From a virus (Duplodnaviria > Caudoviricetes), in the IMG/VR virus record IMGVR_UViG_3300049744_000068, positions 4,975 through 68,974 of that record: a stretch of DNA of 64,000 nt, one strand, 5' to 3'. The position numbers and the translations under genes were made by a program. Under the pieces are notes generated by a model. That model worked only from the letters and a program-made list of their open reading frames with translations. It was not told where the DNA came from and ran no database searches. Below, piece by piece: positions 62,916 to 64,000 of the stretch. Positions within the stretch are counted from its first letter, which is position 1. Each line of letters begins with the position of its first letter.

Positions 62916-64000
62916 AAGCCAAGCAGGACGCGCGAGCGTCGGAGACCGCCGTTTTCTACGAGCGCAAGCTGCGCCAGGTCCTTCGGTTGCTCGGACGCGA
63001 TCGCCCCATCGGCGAGGTGACCCCCGATCTGGTCGACCAGGTTATCGAGCAGCGCCACGCAGAGGGCGTATCGAACATCACAATCGGTCATGAGCTCACC
63101 GTCATTGTGCAGATGTGCAAGCAAGCTCGACGCGGTGGAGCTTTTGCCGGTGACGTGGATGCCCTCAAGCCGGTTGGCTTCAGCATCGGCTATGTGCCCC
63201 GCACGCGCTGGCTGACTCGCGACGAGGTACAGAAGCTGCGCGCCCGCATGCCGGCGTGGAAGTTCGCATGGGTGGCTCGTGCCATCACAACGGGATCACG
63301 CGCTGGCGAGACCGATCGCTACCGCACCGGCGACTTCGACAAGGACCAACGCCTGGTGCTGGTGCGAGGCACCAAGACCAAGAAGAGCTTCGGCGTGCTA
63401 CCCGTCTTCGACGAGGTGTTCGGCGACCTACTAGACGTTGCCTTTGACGCGACCCCGCAGGCCTGGCCACGGGCCTCCAAGGAATTGCCCCAATGGTGCG
63501 CCAAGGTTGGCATTCCAGCGGCTTCGCCGAACGACTTGCGCCGCACGTTCGGGTCCTGGCTCAAGCAGGCGGGCGTGCCCGAGGAGATGATTCGGGACCT
63601 GATGCGCCACACAACGGTGAACACCACGCGGATGGTGTACGCCCAGGACCAAGCCCTGGCGCTTCGGTCCAGGGTCACAGCCAGCCTCACGGTCGCCGGC
63701 GCGGCCCTGTCGATTGCGCTCGCCACGGCATCTGTCCCAGAAACGTCCCACACTGAACAAGAAGGAAAGGGAAACGCGTTCGGCGTATACGACGATTCTA
63801 GCAGGAATCCTGCGGCAGTGGCCCCTGTCGGGGTCGAACCGACACTCCCTCTCGGGAAGAGGATTTTAAATCCCCCGCGTCTGCCATTCCGCCAAGGGGC
63901 CAGAACCGCTGGACTATCCCACATCGGCTGCGAAGAAAAGGCCGGCTGTGGAATAACGGCGGCATGCACGAGACGAAGAAGCATCCTCCGTTGCCGTTGA
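62702..64000 (+). CDS. int: Tyrosine integrase; C-terminal 60 codons come from tRNA antisense and host DNA
   Basis: GGAGAGG SD; TGSRAGE (R), GTKTK (K), NDLRR, MRH, VY catalytic pattern. Confidence 0.9.
   Translation: MANRTGIPGAFQLNGVWYIRTDPVTRRKLSSQLRDAKAFKLWHAGRQRIAADPRSQAAASTTCEYWGRRLLKAKQDARASETAVFYERKLRQVLRLLGRDRPIGEVTPDLVDQVIEQRHAEGVSNITIGHELTVIVQMCKQARRGGAFAGDVDALKPVGFSIGYVPRTRWLTRDEVQKLRARMPAWKFAWVARAITTGSRAGETDRYRTGDFDKDQRLVLVRGTKTKKSFGVLPVFDEVFGDLLDVAFDATPQAWPRASKELPQWCAKVGIPAASPNDLRRTFGSWLKQAGVPEEMIRDLMRHTTVNTTRMVYAQDQALALRSRVTASLTVAGAALSIALATASVPETSHTEQEGKGNAFGVYDDSSRNPAAVAPVGVEPTLPLGKRILNPPRLPFRQGARTAGLSHIGCEEKAGCGITAACTRRRSILRCR
63734..63750 (+). repeat. Candidate integrase arm-type sites
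   Basis: GTCCCA at 63734 and 63745 (11-bp period), ~70 bp from tRNA 3' end. Confidence 0.4.
63819..63901 (-). tRNA. tRNA-Leu(TAA), attachment site
   Basis: Acceptor GGCCCCT/AGGGGCC, anticodon arm GGGGA-TTTAAAA-TCCTC, long variable arm, T arm GTCGG-TTCGACC-CCGAC; CCA not encoded. Confidence 0.95.

Larger units (their letters stand above)
1..63818. mobile_element. Temperate myovirus-type prophage (left end outside window, right end at tRNA-Leu)
   Basis: Full set of terminase, portal, capsid, sheath/tube, baseplate, lysis, cI/cro, xis and int genes ending at a complete tRNA. Confidence 0.95.

Overview
The window is almost entirely one temperate, contractile-tailed (myovirus-type) prophage in a high-GC host. 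The lipoprotein style, a sigma-region-4 family protein and an Mx8-like int layout suggest Myxococcota, but this is inference. Order: rightward early/replication genes (starting mid-gene at base 1, to ~11 kb), terminase, head, tail and baseplate (11.6-38.6 kb), lysis cassette (38.9-41.5 kb), a long leftward early operon (41.9-61.3 kb) with an IbrAB cassette, many small genes and a RecT recombination module, then a lambda-like cI/cro switch, xis and int. The right attachment junction is in a host tRNA-Leu(TAA) that the integrase ORF reads through in antisense; the left att site is outside the window. No frameshifts or premature stops were noticed in the structural genes. Most unusual: (1) an intact response-regulator receiver fused to a coiled coil and membrane anchor, coupled to the endolysin; (2) a candidate virion-glycosylation set (GT2-TPR, methyltransferase, second GT, collagen-like Gly-Pro-Thr tail on the capsid decoration protein); (3) a 730-aa head protein joining a P-loop domain, two different prohead-protease families and a scaffold; (4) att inside int, so integration rewrites the Int C-terminus and separates pR from the replication genes; (5) accessory cassettes with their own near-leaderless promoters and a shared upstream motif. 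Family assignments come from motif recognition by eye; no database search was run.
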